A DNA stretch of 64,000 bases from a virus: the IMG/VR virus record IMGVR_UViG_3300037418_002743, positions 32,001 to 96,000 of that record. The stretch is one strand, 5' to 3'. Below, piece after piece: positions 26,745 to 35,628 of the stretch; within the stretch, counting starts at the first letter, position 1; the number at the start of each line of letters is the position of its first letter. Both the position numbers and the translations under genes were made by a program. The notes beneath the pieces were generated by a model. The model was given only the letters and a program-made list of their open reading frames with translations, had not been told where the DNA came from and searched no databases.

Positions 26745-27011
26745 TCAGGAAGCCCGCAGGTAGGGCGTCAACAGCAGCTCGTCACGGGGGGCGAGCATGA
26801 AATGGGTTCCGTGGGGCACGCCGAGGGCATCCTCGATCCGGCGAGCACGTTCGGGAGTCACGCGCTGACACACTCCATGACAGAGGTCCCAGAAGAAGGA
26901 AGTGGAGCAACCAGCAAGAGCCGCGATAGAGCCGTAGCTGCGACCCGATCGAGCAGCTTCGAGCCTCTCTGGATCGCGCGGCACTAAGAAGATCCCCAGC
27001 GCGCTAGGCAT
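26745..27011 (-). CDS. Cro-like XRE HTH protein
   Basis: SYGSIAALAGCSTSFFWDLCHG...VTPERARRIEDALGV; divergent from the repressor. Confidence 0.75.
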   Translation of the reverse strand: MPSALGIFLVPRDPERLEAARSGRSYGSIAALAGCSTSFFWDLCHGVCQRVTPERARRIEDALGVPHGTHFMLAPRDELLLTPYLRAS

Positions 27012-27155
27012 GATCGTTGATTCCCGTCTCTCGTGTTCGGCAGGACCGAACGTTACCCGGAGGTGTTCATGACGTCAAACACACGTGTCGATGGGGCCGG
27101 ACGCTCTGAGGCGGACGCCCGTGTCACTTCGGACAATGGGGACAATGGGGGAAAG

Positions 27156-27578
27156 ATGGTTGCGGCGGAGCCGGACCAGACCAATTCCGCGAAGCGCCCG
27201 GCGCCGGGCGGACTACAGGATCTAATCGCCCGGCGCAAGAAGGAATTGGGCCTTTCCTACTCGCAGCTGGTGGAAAGAACCGAAGCCGCCGGCTACCCCA
27301 TTCGCCGCACGATGTGGCATCACTGGGCGTCGGATCGCTGGTCGGACATCCCGGCGACGGAGGTGATCCACGGGATCGCCGCTGGCCTGGGCGTCGACCC
27401 CGACGAGGTCCTCGACGCCGCCGCGAAGAGCGTCGGGATCACTCCGCGCGAGCTACACCTCGGCCGCGGCACGCGGGCGATCCTCGCGCTCATGGAGTCC
27501 CGGACGCCGGAGGAGATCGAGGCCCTGGAGGCGGTCGTGCGCTCCGTCACCAAGGCGATGGACGCGACGCGGGATTGA
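27156..27578 (+). CDS. Immunity repressor-like XRE HTH protein (start uncertain)
   Basis: LQDLIARRKKELGLSYSQLVER...PATEVIHGIAAGLGVDPDEVLDAAA. Confidence 0.75.
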   Translation: MVAAEPDQTNSAKRPAPGGLQDLIARRKKELGLSYSQLVERTEAAGYPIRRTMWHHWASDRWSDIPATEVIHGIAAGLGVDPDEVLDAAAKSVGITPRELHLGRGTRAILALMESRTPEEIEALEAVVRSVTKAMDATRD

Positions 27579-27756
27579 TCATCGGTGACCTGGGAAATCG
27601 GCTCTACCTTTGCCTTAGGGTTACTAATGTGTCTCCCGTTGACACATTGACTCCCAGCGTCACGGGGTAATCTCCGGTTAACAGATTCCGTCCCTCAAGC
27701 AACTGGGGACGGAATTAGTTCGCTTACGGCAACTAATTCGAGAGGCGAGGCACTAA

Positions 27757-28077
27757 ATGAGCCGGAGAGTCCGCGTGCGCGTCATGCGCGCCTGCCTCGG
27801 AGCCGCTGTTGCGGCTGCGATCGCCGACCCGGCGGGTGTCACGCTCCTCGCAGACCCGTCCGTCGACGACGAGCAGATCCAGCGGTTCATGCAGTACCTC
27901 GAGGTGAAGGCGTCCCTCATCCCCGCCCCGGCCGCCCCCAGCCTCGACGAGCTCCCCGCCACGATCTCGGTCCCCGCCCAGCGCGGCGACGACGACCGCG
28001 CCCACATCCTCGTGCTCCCCTCCGCCCCCCAGGACCTGGCAGCCGACGCGGACCAGCCCCGCTCCCCGGTCTTCTAG
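27757..28077 (+). CDS. Hypothetical protein downstream of the repressor
   Basis: 106-aa ORF with RBS GAGG; converges with 28074..28373. Confidence 0.5.
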   Translation: MSRRVRVRVMRACLGAAVAAAIADPAGVTLLADPSVDDEQIQRFMQYLEVKASLIPAPAAPSLDELPATISVPAQRGDDDRAHILVLPSAPQDLAADADQPRSPVF

Positions 28078-28373
28078 CCCTCCCCGCGGCGGAGCGCGAT
28101 CTCGTCCGGGTGCGCCCGGGAAATCAGCTCCGCCAGCGTCGCGGCGTTGCTCGACACGTCGAGCAGGACGTCGTACAGCCCCGTGAGCGTCCCGCCGGTC
28201 TGGTCGTTGCGATTGCCGACCAGCTCACGGAGGTAGGCCATGCAGCCGGCCATCTGCTCCGCCTCGTCGGTCCAGCCCGCCGCGCTCATCCGACGCGCGG
28301 TCTCCATGACCGTGCGGTCGAGCGCCGAGGCGTCGTCGCCGGTCGCGAACAGGTCGTATCCGGGCGTGTCCAT
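28074..28373 (-). CDS. Hypothetical protein
   Basis: RBS GAGAGGA. Confidence 0.6.
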   Translation of the reverse strand: MDTPGYDLFATGDDASALDRTVMETARRMSAAGWTDEAEQMAGCMAYLRELVGNRNDQTGGTLTGLYDVLLDVSSNAATLAELISRAHPDEIALRRGEG

Positions 28374-28442
28374 GTCGGGATCCTCTCGTGCGTCGAGCGG
28401 AGAGGGCCCGGGGGCGGCTCCCCCGGGCCCTGTGGGCGGCGA

Positions 28443-29324
28443 TCAGGCCTCCGCGGTCTCCTCGTCCGCGGCGTCGTCGTCGGCGGCGGGAGCGACCGCC
28501 TGGGCGGCCTTGCGGGCAGCCTCGACCTCGAGCTTGGCCTCCTCGACCCGCTGGGCGGCGCGCTCCGCGGCCCGCTCCGCCCGGAAGAGCCGGTCCTCGG
28601 CGGCCCGGAGCGCCTTGGTCGCGGTGCGGGCCTCGGCGCGGGCGGCCTTCTCCTCGTCGGTGAGCCGCGGACGCTCCCGGCGCTCGGCGGCGTTGGCGTG
28701 CCGCTCCGCCTGGCGCTTGGTCCAGGCGACGTACCAGGCGATCCCGGTCTCGACCTCGACGATCACCTTGTAGCCCTCGTGGTCGTACAGGCCCGGGAAG
28801 GGCACGCCGGCCTTCTCGCTCGCGGCGATCGGGTTGTAGATCCCGCCCAGCTCACCCTCACCCGGGTACAGGCCGCGCTCGTTGATGACCTTGGTCAGTC
28901 CGACCGGGGTGACCCAGCCCGCCGGCATGAAGCCCTTCTTGGTGCTCTTGCGGGCGGCCGGGGCGTCGTTGGCGACCGGGGCGGCCGGGAGGTGCTCGGC
29001 GGTGCAGCCGTCCAGGTCCTCGCACTCGTCCTTGGTGTGCGGGCCCTGGGCCTCGACCGGCTCGGCGTCGGTGGCCGGCTCGGTGACGTCGTCGTTGACG
29101 TCGACGACCGGGGTCTCGTCGGCCGGGGCGGGCTGGTCCTCGACCTCGACCGGTCGGACGTCGACGGCCTTGAAGTCGGCGGTCTTCTCGCCGGCGGCGT
29201 TGCTGTAGCGGACGGTGATCTTGCCGGCGTCGGTGGTGCCGACGTAGACGCCCTCGCGGGTGCGGCCGCCGGGGATGCGGACGATGACGGCCTGGTCGGT
29301 GGCGAAGGTGGCGGTGGCGTTCAT
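28443..29324 (-). CDS. Hypothetical protein with acidic linker and C-terminal coiled coil
   Basis: Strong RBS GAGGAGG, promoter copy at 29386-29402, hairpin at 28403-28431. Confidence 0.75.
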   Translation of the reverse strand: MNATATFATDQAVIVRIPGGRTREGVYVGTTDAGKITVRYSNAAGEKTADFKAVDVRPVEVEDQPAPADETPVVDVNDDVTEPATDAEPVEAQGPHTKDECEDLDGCTAEHLPAAPVANDAPAARKSTKKGFMPAGWVTPVGLTKVINERGLYPGEGELGGIYNPIAASEKAGVPFPGLYDHEGYKVIVEVETGIAWYVAWTKRQAERHANAAERRERPRLTDEEKAARAEARTATKALRAAEDRLFRAERAAERAAQRVEEAKLEVEAARKAAQAVAPAADDDAADEETAEA

Positions 29325-29507
29325 CGGGGTTCCTCCTCGATCCGGGGGCTTCGCTCTGTGCGGTGCCCTTGCGATGACTCAAAGATACCGCGCTACACGG
29401 TAGGTACAAGGGCTGACGGGCAGAAAAACGAGCGGCCCGGGTGGTTCGCCCTGCTGGACGAGCCCACCCGGGCCGCTCTCCCCTTCCTCCGCTCCCCAGC
29501 GGAAGCC

Positions 29508-29855
29508 CTATGACGTGCGCCGATACCTCTCCGCCCGCGTCCCGTCGATGTCCACCAGCACCTCGCCGGACCGGATCATCGGGTCGTGGAACTCCCCGGT
29601 CACGAGGCCCGCGAGCCCCGCGCCGCGGGCGATGTCCGACGCCACGACCAGGTGCGGCCGGACGATCACCTCCCCGATCGCGAGCTGGTGCGTCCGCCGG
29701 GAGCCGTACCGGAGCGGGTGCGGCCCGTCGCTCACCCGGGACGACCCGACGAACGACACCGTGCGCTCGTCCGGGCCCTCCTGGACGTAGAGCCAGCCCG
29801 GCACGTGCCGCGCGTACTGCCCGAAGATCAGGCGGGCGTAGGCGTCCCCTTCCAT
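29508..29855 (-). CDS. Hypothetical protein
   Basis: MEGDAYARL..., RBS GGAGG. Confidence 0.55.
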   Translation of the reverse strand: MEGDAYARLIFGQYARHVPGWLYVQEGPDERTVSFVGSSRVSDGPHPLRYGSRRTHQLAIGEVIVRPHLVVASDIARGAGLAGLVTGEFHDPMIRSGEVLVDIDGTRAERYRRTS

Positions 29856-31450
29856 CACTCGCCTCCGTCCACGGTCGTCATCCAGTAGCCCTCGAAGCAC
29901 TCCCCGCACGTCGCGCGGTCGTCGTCCTCGTTCTGCCAGCTCTGGTTCGTCGTCGCCCCGCACTTCGGGCACGGGCCCGGGTCCCCGTCGCCGGAGCCCT
30001 TCGCGATCTCGCGGATCCGCTCCGCGGTCAGCTCCTCGCCGTTGACCTCCACGACCCAGTAGCTCGCAGCCTCCCCGTCCGGGGTGTCCGCGGGCACGAT
30101 CCGGAGCAGCGGGACGCCATCGACCGCGGCCCCGATCGCCTGCGCGGCCTCGTCATCGGACTCGAACCGGCGGCACTCCTCGCACCGCTGGATCTCGTTG
30201 CGGTTGTTGAAGCCCGGCCAGGCGCCCGGAACGACCTCCGCGTAGCACTCGCAGTCAGCCTCCGCCTCGGCCGCAGCCTCCGCGCCGGCGTCGATGATGA
30301 ACTGCCCCGCGGCGGAGTCGGAGAGCACACCGAGCACCCCGACCTGGACGTCCGGCACCGCGCCGGCGTACTGGTCCCGCCGCTCCTCGGTCCCGAAGCC
30401 GACCAGGTCGTCGACCCCGTCACGCCAGGCGAGCCAGACCGTCGGCGGCTCCCCCGGCTCCGGCCGGGCCGCGAGCGCCCGGATCCGGTCCTTGATCTCC
30501 GCGGTGAGCCGGTCCGTGCCCTCCGCGCCGAGGTAGAGCCTCGCCGGATCGCGCGGCACCCCGACGCGGCCGTCCGCGGCCCGGGCGAACAGGTCGATCC
30601 CGACCGCCTCCGCCAGCTCCCGGAGGTGCCGGCGGTGCGCCATGCTCTCGTCCCGCCAGCGGTCCCGGAAGTCGTCGGCCGGGTGCTCCAGGACGACGTT
30701 CCGGAGGAAGCTCGCAGCCTCCCCGTACACCTCGGACATGGTGTCGTTCTCGACGTCGTCGGAGTCCTCGACCTCGTCGACGTGCGTGTCGGCCGATGCC
30801 TGGGCCCAGATCGCCGCCTGCGCGGCCAGCGCGCCGCGCAGGGAGTCAGCGGGCGGGGCGTCGGTCAGGTCCGCCACCGCGGCCGCCAGGCGCGGCAGGA
30901 GGTCCCGCCGCACGGTCACCCGCACCTCCGCCGTAGCGGTCCGGGCGCCCTCGTAGGTCAGCTGCTCGTCGACCTCGACCCGCGCCAAGACCGGCCGGTT
31001 GGAGTCGCCCGCGTAGATGTTGCCCTTGTCGGTCGTCGTGACCTCCCCGAGCGGGGCGAGCAGCCGGGCGGCCGCGTCGACGTAGGTCTGCCGCTCGGCC
31101 GCCCGCGCGTCGGCGGCAGCCTTCTTCGCCCGGACCTCAGCGAGGGATCCGCGGTAGCGCGCGAGCAGCCGGTTCTTGATGTCCTTCGCCATGACCGCCG
31201 GGGGCTTCTCCGCGGAGAACCCGATCTCGGTCCAGAGCCGCGAGAACCCGCGCAGCTCCGCCGGGGTCACCCCGGTGGCGGTCACCCGGCCCCTGTCCCA
31301 CTGCAGCCGGATCCGCTCCCCGTCCGGGCCGACGAGCGCGGCCTCCCGCTCCCAGCCGGTCTCGCCTTCCTCAGCGGACCACTCCGCCGGGTCGAGCTGC
31401 TCCGCGATCGCCTTCGCGACCTCGTACGGGGTCGCCGTCTCCGTGCTCAC
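29855..31450 (-). CDS. Large multidomain hypothetical protein with Zn ribbons
   Basis: GTG at 31450; CEC...RCEEC and CPKC...CGEC motifs. Confidence 0.65.
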   Translation of the reverse strand: MSTETATPYEVAKAIAEQLDPAEWSAEEGETGWEREAALVGPDGERIRLQWDRGRVTATGVTPAELRGFSRLWTEIGFSAEKPPAVMAKDIKNRLLARYRGSLAEVRAKKAAADARAAERQTYVDAAARLLAPLGEVTTTDKGNIYAGDSNRPVLARVEVDEQLTYEGARTATAEVRVTVRRDLLPRLAAAVADLTDAPPADSLRGALAAQAAIWAQASADTHVDEVEDSDDVENDTMSEVYGEAASFLRNVVLEHPADDFRDRWRDESMAHRRHLRELAEAVGIDLFARAADGRVGVPRDPARLYLGAEGTDRLTAEIKDRIRALAARPEPGEPPTVWLAWRDGVDDLVGFGTEERRDQYAGAVPDVQVGVLGVLSDSAAGQFIIDAGAEAAAEAEADCECYAEVVPGAWPGFNNRNEIQRCEECRRFESDDEAAQAIGAAVDGVPLLRIVPADTPDGEAASYWVVEVNGEELTAERIREIAKGSGDGDPGPCPKCGATTNQSWQNEDDDRATCGECFEGYWMTTVDGGE

Positions 31451-31812
31451 TGCTGGGTCGCCCCCTCGTCGATCGTCAGCCGGTCCCACGGGTCGGGCTC
31501 GACCACCCGCACCTCCGGCTCCGGCTCCTGGTCGCGGATCTCCTCGAGCACCGTGCGGACGTCGGTCAGCACGCCGTAGACGTCCATGACGGACGTCGTG
31601 ATCGCCTCGACGTCGCGCTCCTGCCACTCCCGGTTGATCCCGAGCCAGTCCACGTGCTCCTTCACGACCCGACGCACGAGCCGGCCCTCCGCGCGGCGGT
31701 AGAGCGCACGGCGGGCGAGGAGGTCACCGGCGACGACCGCGGCCGCCCAGCCGGCCGGCGGGACGGCCCGGACCGCCCGGGCGGCCACCTGGGCGATCAG
31801 CCGGGCGTTCAC
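31447..31812 (-). CDS. Hypothetical protein
   Basis: GTG at 31812, coupled to its neighbours. Confidence 0.55.
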   Translation of the reverse strand: MNARLIAQVAARAVRAVPPAGWAAAVVAGDLLARRALYRRAEGRLVRRVVKEHVDWLGINREWQERDVEAITTSVMDVYGVLTDVRTVLEEIRDQEPEPEVRVVEPDPWDRLTIDEGATQQ

Positions 31813-32564
31813 TGCGCACCGCCCGCGGGCGCGGCCGGCGTGGTGGCGAGCCGGTAGACCTGCCACTCCCAGATCCGCCCGCGGGCGGACACGGTCAGCC
31901 CGTGGCCCGGGATGCCGTGCTCGACGTAGAGCCGCCACCCGCGGGGCGTGAGCCACTCCCCGAGGATCCGGATCCCCTCCGCGCGCTCGTGCGCGATGTC
32001 GCGGGCGTCCTTGCCGAGGTACTTCGGGCCCTCGAACTCCAGGTCGTCGATCTGGACGTGGCCGGCGCGGCGGTCCCAGATCACGTCGTGCAGCACGGGC
32101 GGCCGGACGACGTCGCCCGCCGGGTACTGCCGGAAGGCCTCCGCCCACGGCGTTCCGAGCTGGCGCCCGAGCTCGCGCACCCGCGCGGCGTCGGTGTCGT
32201 ACTTGGCGAAGATCTTCTTGATCTGGCTGCTCGTCAGGGTCGGGTCGCCGGCGTCGTCGCAGCTCGCCTCCCAGGTCCCCAGCTCGGGGGTGTGCCGGAA
32301 GATCCGGCCGGGGTCCCCATCGCGGGTGACGCCCTGCCACACCTCCCATGCGCACGTCGACAGCGTGGGCGCCAGCGCGGCGCAGATGTCGAACGCGGCG
32401 CCGGTGGTCGTCGAGCCGTCCTCGGCCCGGTACTCCTCGCCGAGGCGGATCCCGTCCTCGTCCGGGCCGGCGAGCCCGTACTCCTCGATCGCGTCGAGGA
32501 AGGTCTGCGCGTACCAGGGCGGGCACTGGTAGACGGTGAGCCCGCAGTTGATCGAATCGGCCAT
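31809..32564 (-). CDS. DUF3145-like protein
   Basis: RHTPELGTW...DDAGDPTL...LGRQLGTPWAEAF resembles the actinobacterial DUF3145 C-terminal half. Confidence 0.55.
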   Translation of the reverse strand: MADSINCGLTVYQCPPWYAQTFLDAIEEYGLAGPDEDGIRLGEEYRAEDGSTTTGAAFDICAALAPTLSTCAWEVWQGVTRDGDPGRIFRHTPELGTWEASCDDAGDPTLTSSQIKKIFAKYDTDAARVRELGRQLGTPWAEAFRQYPAGDVVRPPVLHDVIWDRRAGHVQIDDLEFEGPKYLGKDARDIAHERAEGIRILGEWLTPRGWRLYVEHGIPGHGLTVSARGRIWEWQVYRLATTPAAPAGGAQ

Positions 32565-32721
32565 GAGGGGCCGCTCTCCTTCGGGTGGGAGGGATGGGGA
32601 TGGTGGCCCCTGGCAGGGGGCCGTCGTGCACTCACTACGTTACCGCGTTATGCGGCGGAGTCAATCGGCATAAGGGTGATGCGCCCCGGCCGGGCCTTTC
32701 GCGGCCCGGCCGGGGGGTCGA

Positions 32722-33774
32722 TCAGACCAGCGACTTCGCCCGCGGGCGGAAGGCGGCGAAGGCGTCAGCCTTGAGCTGGAAGCCCTTGCCGTCGACCGCG
32801 GAGAGCGACCGGGCCGTCATCTTCGCCGTCGCGCCCTTGCCGGTCGCGGCCGCGAAGTGGTCGATGTACTCGGTGACCGCGTTGTAGCCAGCCCAGCGGG
32901 TCCCGGCGACCTTCGCCTGCGTGTCCGCCTCGGTAAAGAGCTGGATGAGGGTGCGGTCCCGGACCTTCTTCGTGCTCTGGGTCGTCGGGGAGTCCGAGTC
33001 CCGGACCGGCTCGAAGACCGTGTTGACGATCTTGGTGAACTCGTCGACGGAGAGCGCGGCGTCGAGCATCCGCTCCGCCTCCGCCTGGAAGGCCTCGTTG
33101 AACTTGAAGGTCATGGAGAGGGCCTGGCGCGCCTCCTCGACCGCCTTGCTGGCCTTCTTGGTGTGGCGGGTCGCCCACTTCTGGCGGGCGGAGGCGATCG
33201 CCGCGGCCTCCGTGTTCGCGCAGACGACCCGGACCGGAGAGGCGACCGCCATCAGCGCGCGGGTGCCGTCGTGCCCGTTCATCGTCGTGACGAAGGTGTC
33301 GATCGCGTCGACCCCGCCGATCAGCATCTGCTCCGGCAGCTTCGCGCAGTAGAAGACGTGGCGGCCGTTGCGGAGCGCGCCGGCGGTCTCGATGAAGCGG
33401 GCGCCGGACATGTCCAGCAGCGCCTCGAGGAACTCGCCGTGCTCCTCGTTCTGCACGTGGTGATAGCCCGCGCCGACGACGCCGAGCCGCTCGGTCTTGC
33501 CGCTGACCGGGTTCGTCCGGACGACGCCCTTCCACTCCGGGAAGTCGACGTCCTCGGAGGTGACGCCATCCTCGGAGATCAGAGTGTCCGTCCCGGCGAG
33601 GTCGATCTTGCGGACGTTCCAGCCGGCGAGGTGGGCCTTCTCCATCGCCTCGACGACGGTCATCGGGCGGTCGAAGACGGTGCCGAGCCGGTGCCAGGCG
33701 GGGACCCGGGCGGAGACGAAGTGGTCGACCGTCGTGCCGTCGGAGGCGGTGCTGCGGGCGATCTCGTGGCTCAT
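32722..33774 (-). CDS. DUF932 (TIGR03299 phage/plasmid-like) protein
   Basis: PAWHRLG...LGVVGAGY..VQNEE...ETAGALRNGR...NGHDG...PVRVVCANT...GTRWAGYNAVTEY. Confidence 0.9.
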   Translation of the reverse strand: MSHEIARSTASDGTTVDHFVSARVPAWHRLGTVFDRPMTVVEAMEKAHLAGWNVRKIDLAGTDTLISEDGVTSEDVDFPEWKGVVRTNPVSGKTERLGVVGAGYHHVQNEEHGEFLEALLDMSGARFIETAGALRNGRHVFYCAKLPEQMLIGGVDAIDTFVTTMNGHDGTRALMAVASPVRVVCANTEAAAIASARQKWATRHTKKASKAVEEARQALSMTFKFNEAFQAEAERMLDAALSVDEFTKIVNTVFEPVRDSDSPTTQSTKKVRDRTLIQLFTEADTQAKVAGTRWAGYNAVTEYIDHFAAATGKGATAKMTARSLSAVDGKGFQLKADAFAAFRPRAKSLV

Positions 33775-33999
33775 CTTGTACTCCAGGGAGGGAAGGGGGG
33801 TGGCCCCGCCGGGGAGGCGGTGCCGTCGTGCAACACAGAGATTACCGCGCCGCGCGGTGTTGTCAACGGATGACGAGAAGATTTTTCTGCGGGGGCTCCG
33901 CGCCGGCGCCGGAGCCGCACGTCAGGGCACGAAAAAGGGGGAGGGCCCGCCGGCACGGATGCCGGGGGCCCTCCCCCTGAGACGCTCTCTGCGCGGCGC

Positions 34000-34593
34000 C
34001 TACGCGGTCTTCTTCTGGTCCTCCGCCTGCTCGGCGTTCCACTTCTCGAGGAGCGCCTTGCCCTCCTCGGTCGGGACGACCTTCCCGCCGACCGGCGGGA
34101 CCTCGATCATCTTCGCCCGCTGCAGGTCGGTGAACTGCCGGGTGTTCGCCCGGTTCTGCGCGGTCCCGGTGAACGGCTCCCCGTCGCGAAGCACCCGGAC
34201 CTGCATGTCCTGGATCTCGACGGTGAAGCGGCCCGCGGCGATCTCGGAGAGCACCTGGTGCCGCATCGGGGTCCGGTGCGTGATGTCGCGGTGCCAGGCG
34301 CCCGGGCCCTTGCGGTCCGCGTTGAACTTCTCGACCGCGTCCATGTCGTACTCCTTCTCCCCCGTCTGCGGGTTGAAGCCGGGGAGAGGCTTGGGCGCGC
34401 CGAGCTGGGAGACCATGCGCCGGTACGTCGAGGCGCTGACGCCCTTGGGGCTCTTGTCGGTCACGCACGCGGCACCGGCGTCCGCGGCGTTGCCGCGACG
34501 CACGCCGTTCTCGTCGGTCCAGATGGTCACGGTGCTACCGCCCTTCGGTGATGCGTCGATCGCGGTCGATGGTACCGCGTGAGGACGGCTCAT
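34000..34593 (-). CDS. Putative DNA-binding protein (MerR-like HTH plus wHTH)
   Basis: GVSASTYRRMVSQLGAPKP...YDMDAVEKF; C-terminal LQRAKMIEV...PTEEGKALL. Confidence 0.6.
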   Translation of the reverse strand: MSRPHAVPSTAIDASPKGGSTVTIWTDENGVRRGNAADAGAACVTDKSPKGVSASTYRRMVSQLGAPKPLPGFNPQTGEKEYDMDAVEKFNADRKGPGAWHRDITHRTPMRHQVLSEIAAGRFTVEIQDMQVRVLRDGEPFTGTAQNRANTRQFTDLQRAKMIEVPPVGGKVVPTEEGKALLEKWNAEQAEDQKKTA

Positions 34594-34805
34594 CGTTGTA
34601 CGTCTTCGTTGACACGCTCGAGGGAGAACAGTCCGGGCAGACCGACCTCCGCCGCTCCGGTCGCGAGGACCTGCTGGGCGCGGCGCCAGCGGAACCGCTC
34701 CGTCGCCGGAGCGTCCGCGGCAAGCTCCCCGATCTCGCGGGCGACGCGGAGCAGGACGGAGGCGATCCGGTCCGCCTCCGCCTGCACCTCCGGCGCGGTC
34801 ACCAC
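34590..34805 (-). CDS. Small hypothetical protein
   Basis: 71-aa ORF coupled to its neighbours. Confidence 0.5.
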   Translation of the reverse strand: MVTAPEVQAEADRIASVLLRVAREIGELAADAPATERFRWRRAQQVLATGAAEVGLPGLFSLERVNEDVQR

Positions 34806-34950
34806 CGCTCCGTGACGTCCCAGTCCAGCTCGGCGCCGTGCTCGGTCATGACGTCGGCGACCGCCGCGCGGACCGCGTCGAGCACGGCCGGCGGGAGCGG
34901 CTCGGAGGTGGACACGGTCAGGTCGTACTCGTAGCCGAAGGACAGGCCGC

Positions 34951-35205
34951 TCATGCCTGCGCCTCCTCGTCCTCGTCGTGCGGGCCGTAGGTCATGCGGG
35001 CGTCGGAGGCGATGCCCCAGGCGACGGCGAACAGCGTCGCAGGCCAGAGGAGCATCACGACCAGGCCGACGATGACGTGCAGCGGGTGGACGCGGTCGAG
35101 GCGACCGGTGTCGGGGTCGCGGAGCAGCCAGCGGTAGCAGGCGGCGACGAAGACGGATCCGGTCATGCCGGCGCCGAGCAGGTACGTGGCGAGTGCCGGG
35201 GTCAT
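34951..35205 (-). CDS. Small two-TM membrane protein
   Basis: MTPALATYLL...; RBS GGAGG; promoter copy at 35255-35271. Confidence 0.6.
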   Translation of the reverse strand: MTPALATYLLGAGMTGSVFVAACYRWLLRDPDTGRLDRVHPLHVIVGLVVMLLWPATLFAVAWGIASDARMTYGPHDEDEEAQA

Positions 35206-35254
35206 GGTGTCCTCCGGGAGGGAAGCGGTCGTACGTGGCAGATGCGGACGACCA

Positions 35255-35331
35255 TACCGCGCTGCGCGGTATCTGTCACCTCCGACTAGTTCGGCGGGAG
35301 CGCTTGACCTTACCGCGTCACGCGGTAAGGT
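35255..35331. promoter_or_regulatory. Back-to-back pair of palindromic-spacer promoters
   Basis: taccgcgctgcgcggta (35255-35271, minus) and TTGACC-ttaccgcgtcacgcgg-TAAGGT (35304-35331, plus). Confidence 0.75.
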
Positions 35332-35361
35332 AGTCACATCACCCCGACCGAGGAGGACGAC

Positions 35362-35628
35362 ATGGCCCGCACCGCCAAGATCACCACCCACTTCGTCCTC
35401 ATCTCCGCGGTCGACTCCCGTGGGCGCGCCCGCAAGGACCAGCCCCGCGAGTACGCCGTCGAGGAGCGGCAGGGACAGGTCCGCCGCACCCTCGGCCGCG
35501 TCTACGGCGGCGACGGCCACTGGATGGCACTCCCCGTCGGCGCCGGCGCCTGGACCCGCTACCACCCCACCCGCGGGGCGGCGCTCGATGCGCTCCGCCT
35601 CCGGGAGGACTGCCGCGACTTCTGGTGA
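35362..35628 (+). CDS. Small hypothetical protein
   Basis: RBS GAGGAGG, own promoter copy. Confidence 0.65.
   Translation: MARTAKITTHFVLISAVDSRGRARKDQPREYAVEERQGQVRRTLGRVYGGDGHWMALPVGAGAWTRYHPTRGAALDALRLREDCRDFW

Noticed and set aside
27131-27150. GGACAATGG tandem repeat between cro and repressor as an operator
   Set aside because: Only two adjacent copies and not seen elsewhere; insufficient support
33802-33825. Leader hairpin before DUF932 as a CUGCCA element
   Set aside because: The position is right (between promoter and CU box) but the loop reads UCCCC, so it was not counted; it may be a variant
34572-34590. TACCGCG half-site as another promoter copy
   Set aside because: It lies inside coding sequence, has no matching right arm at the correct spacing and no -35
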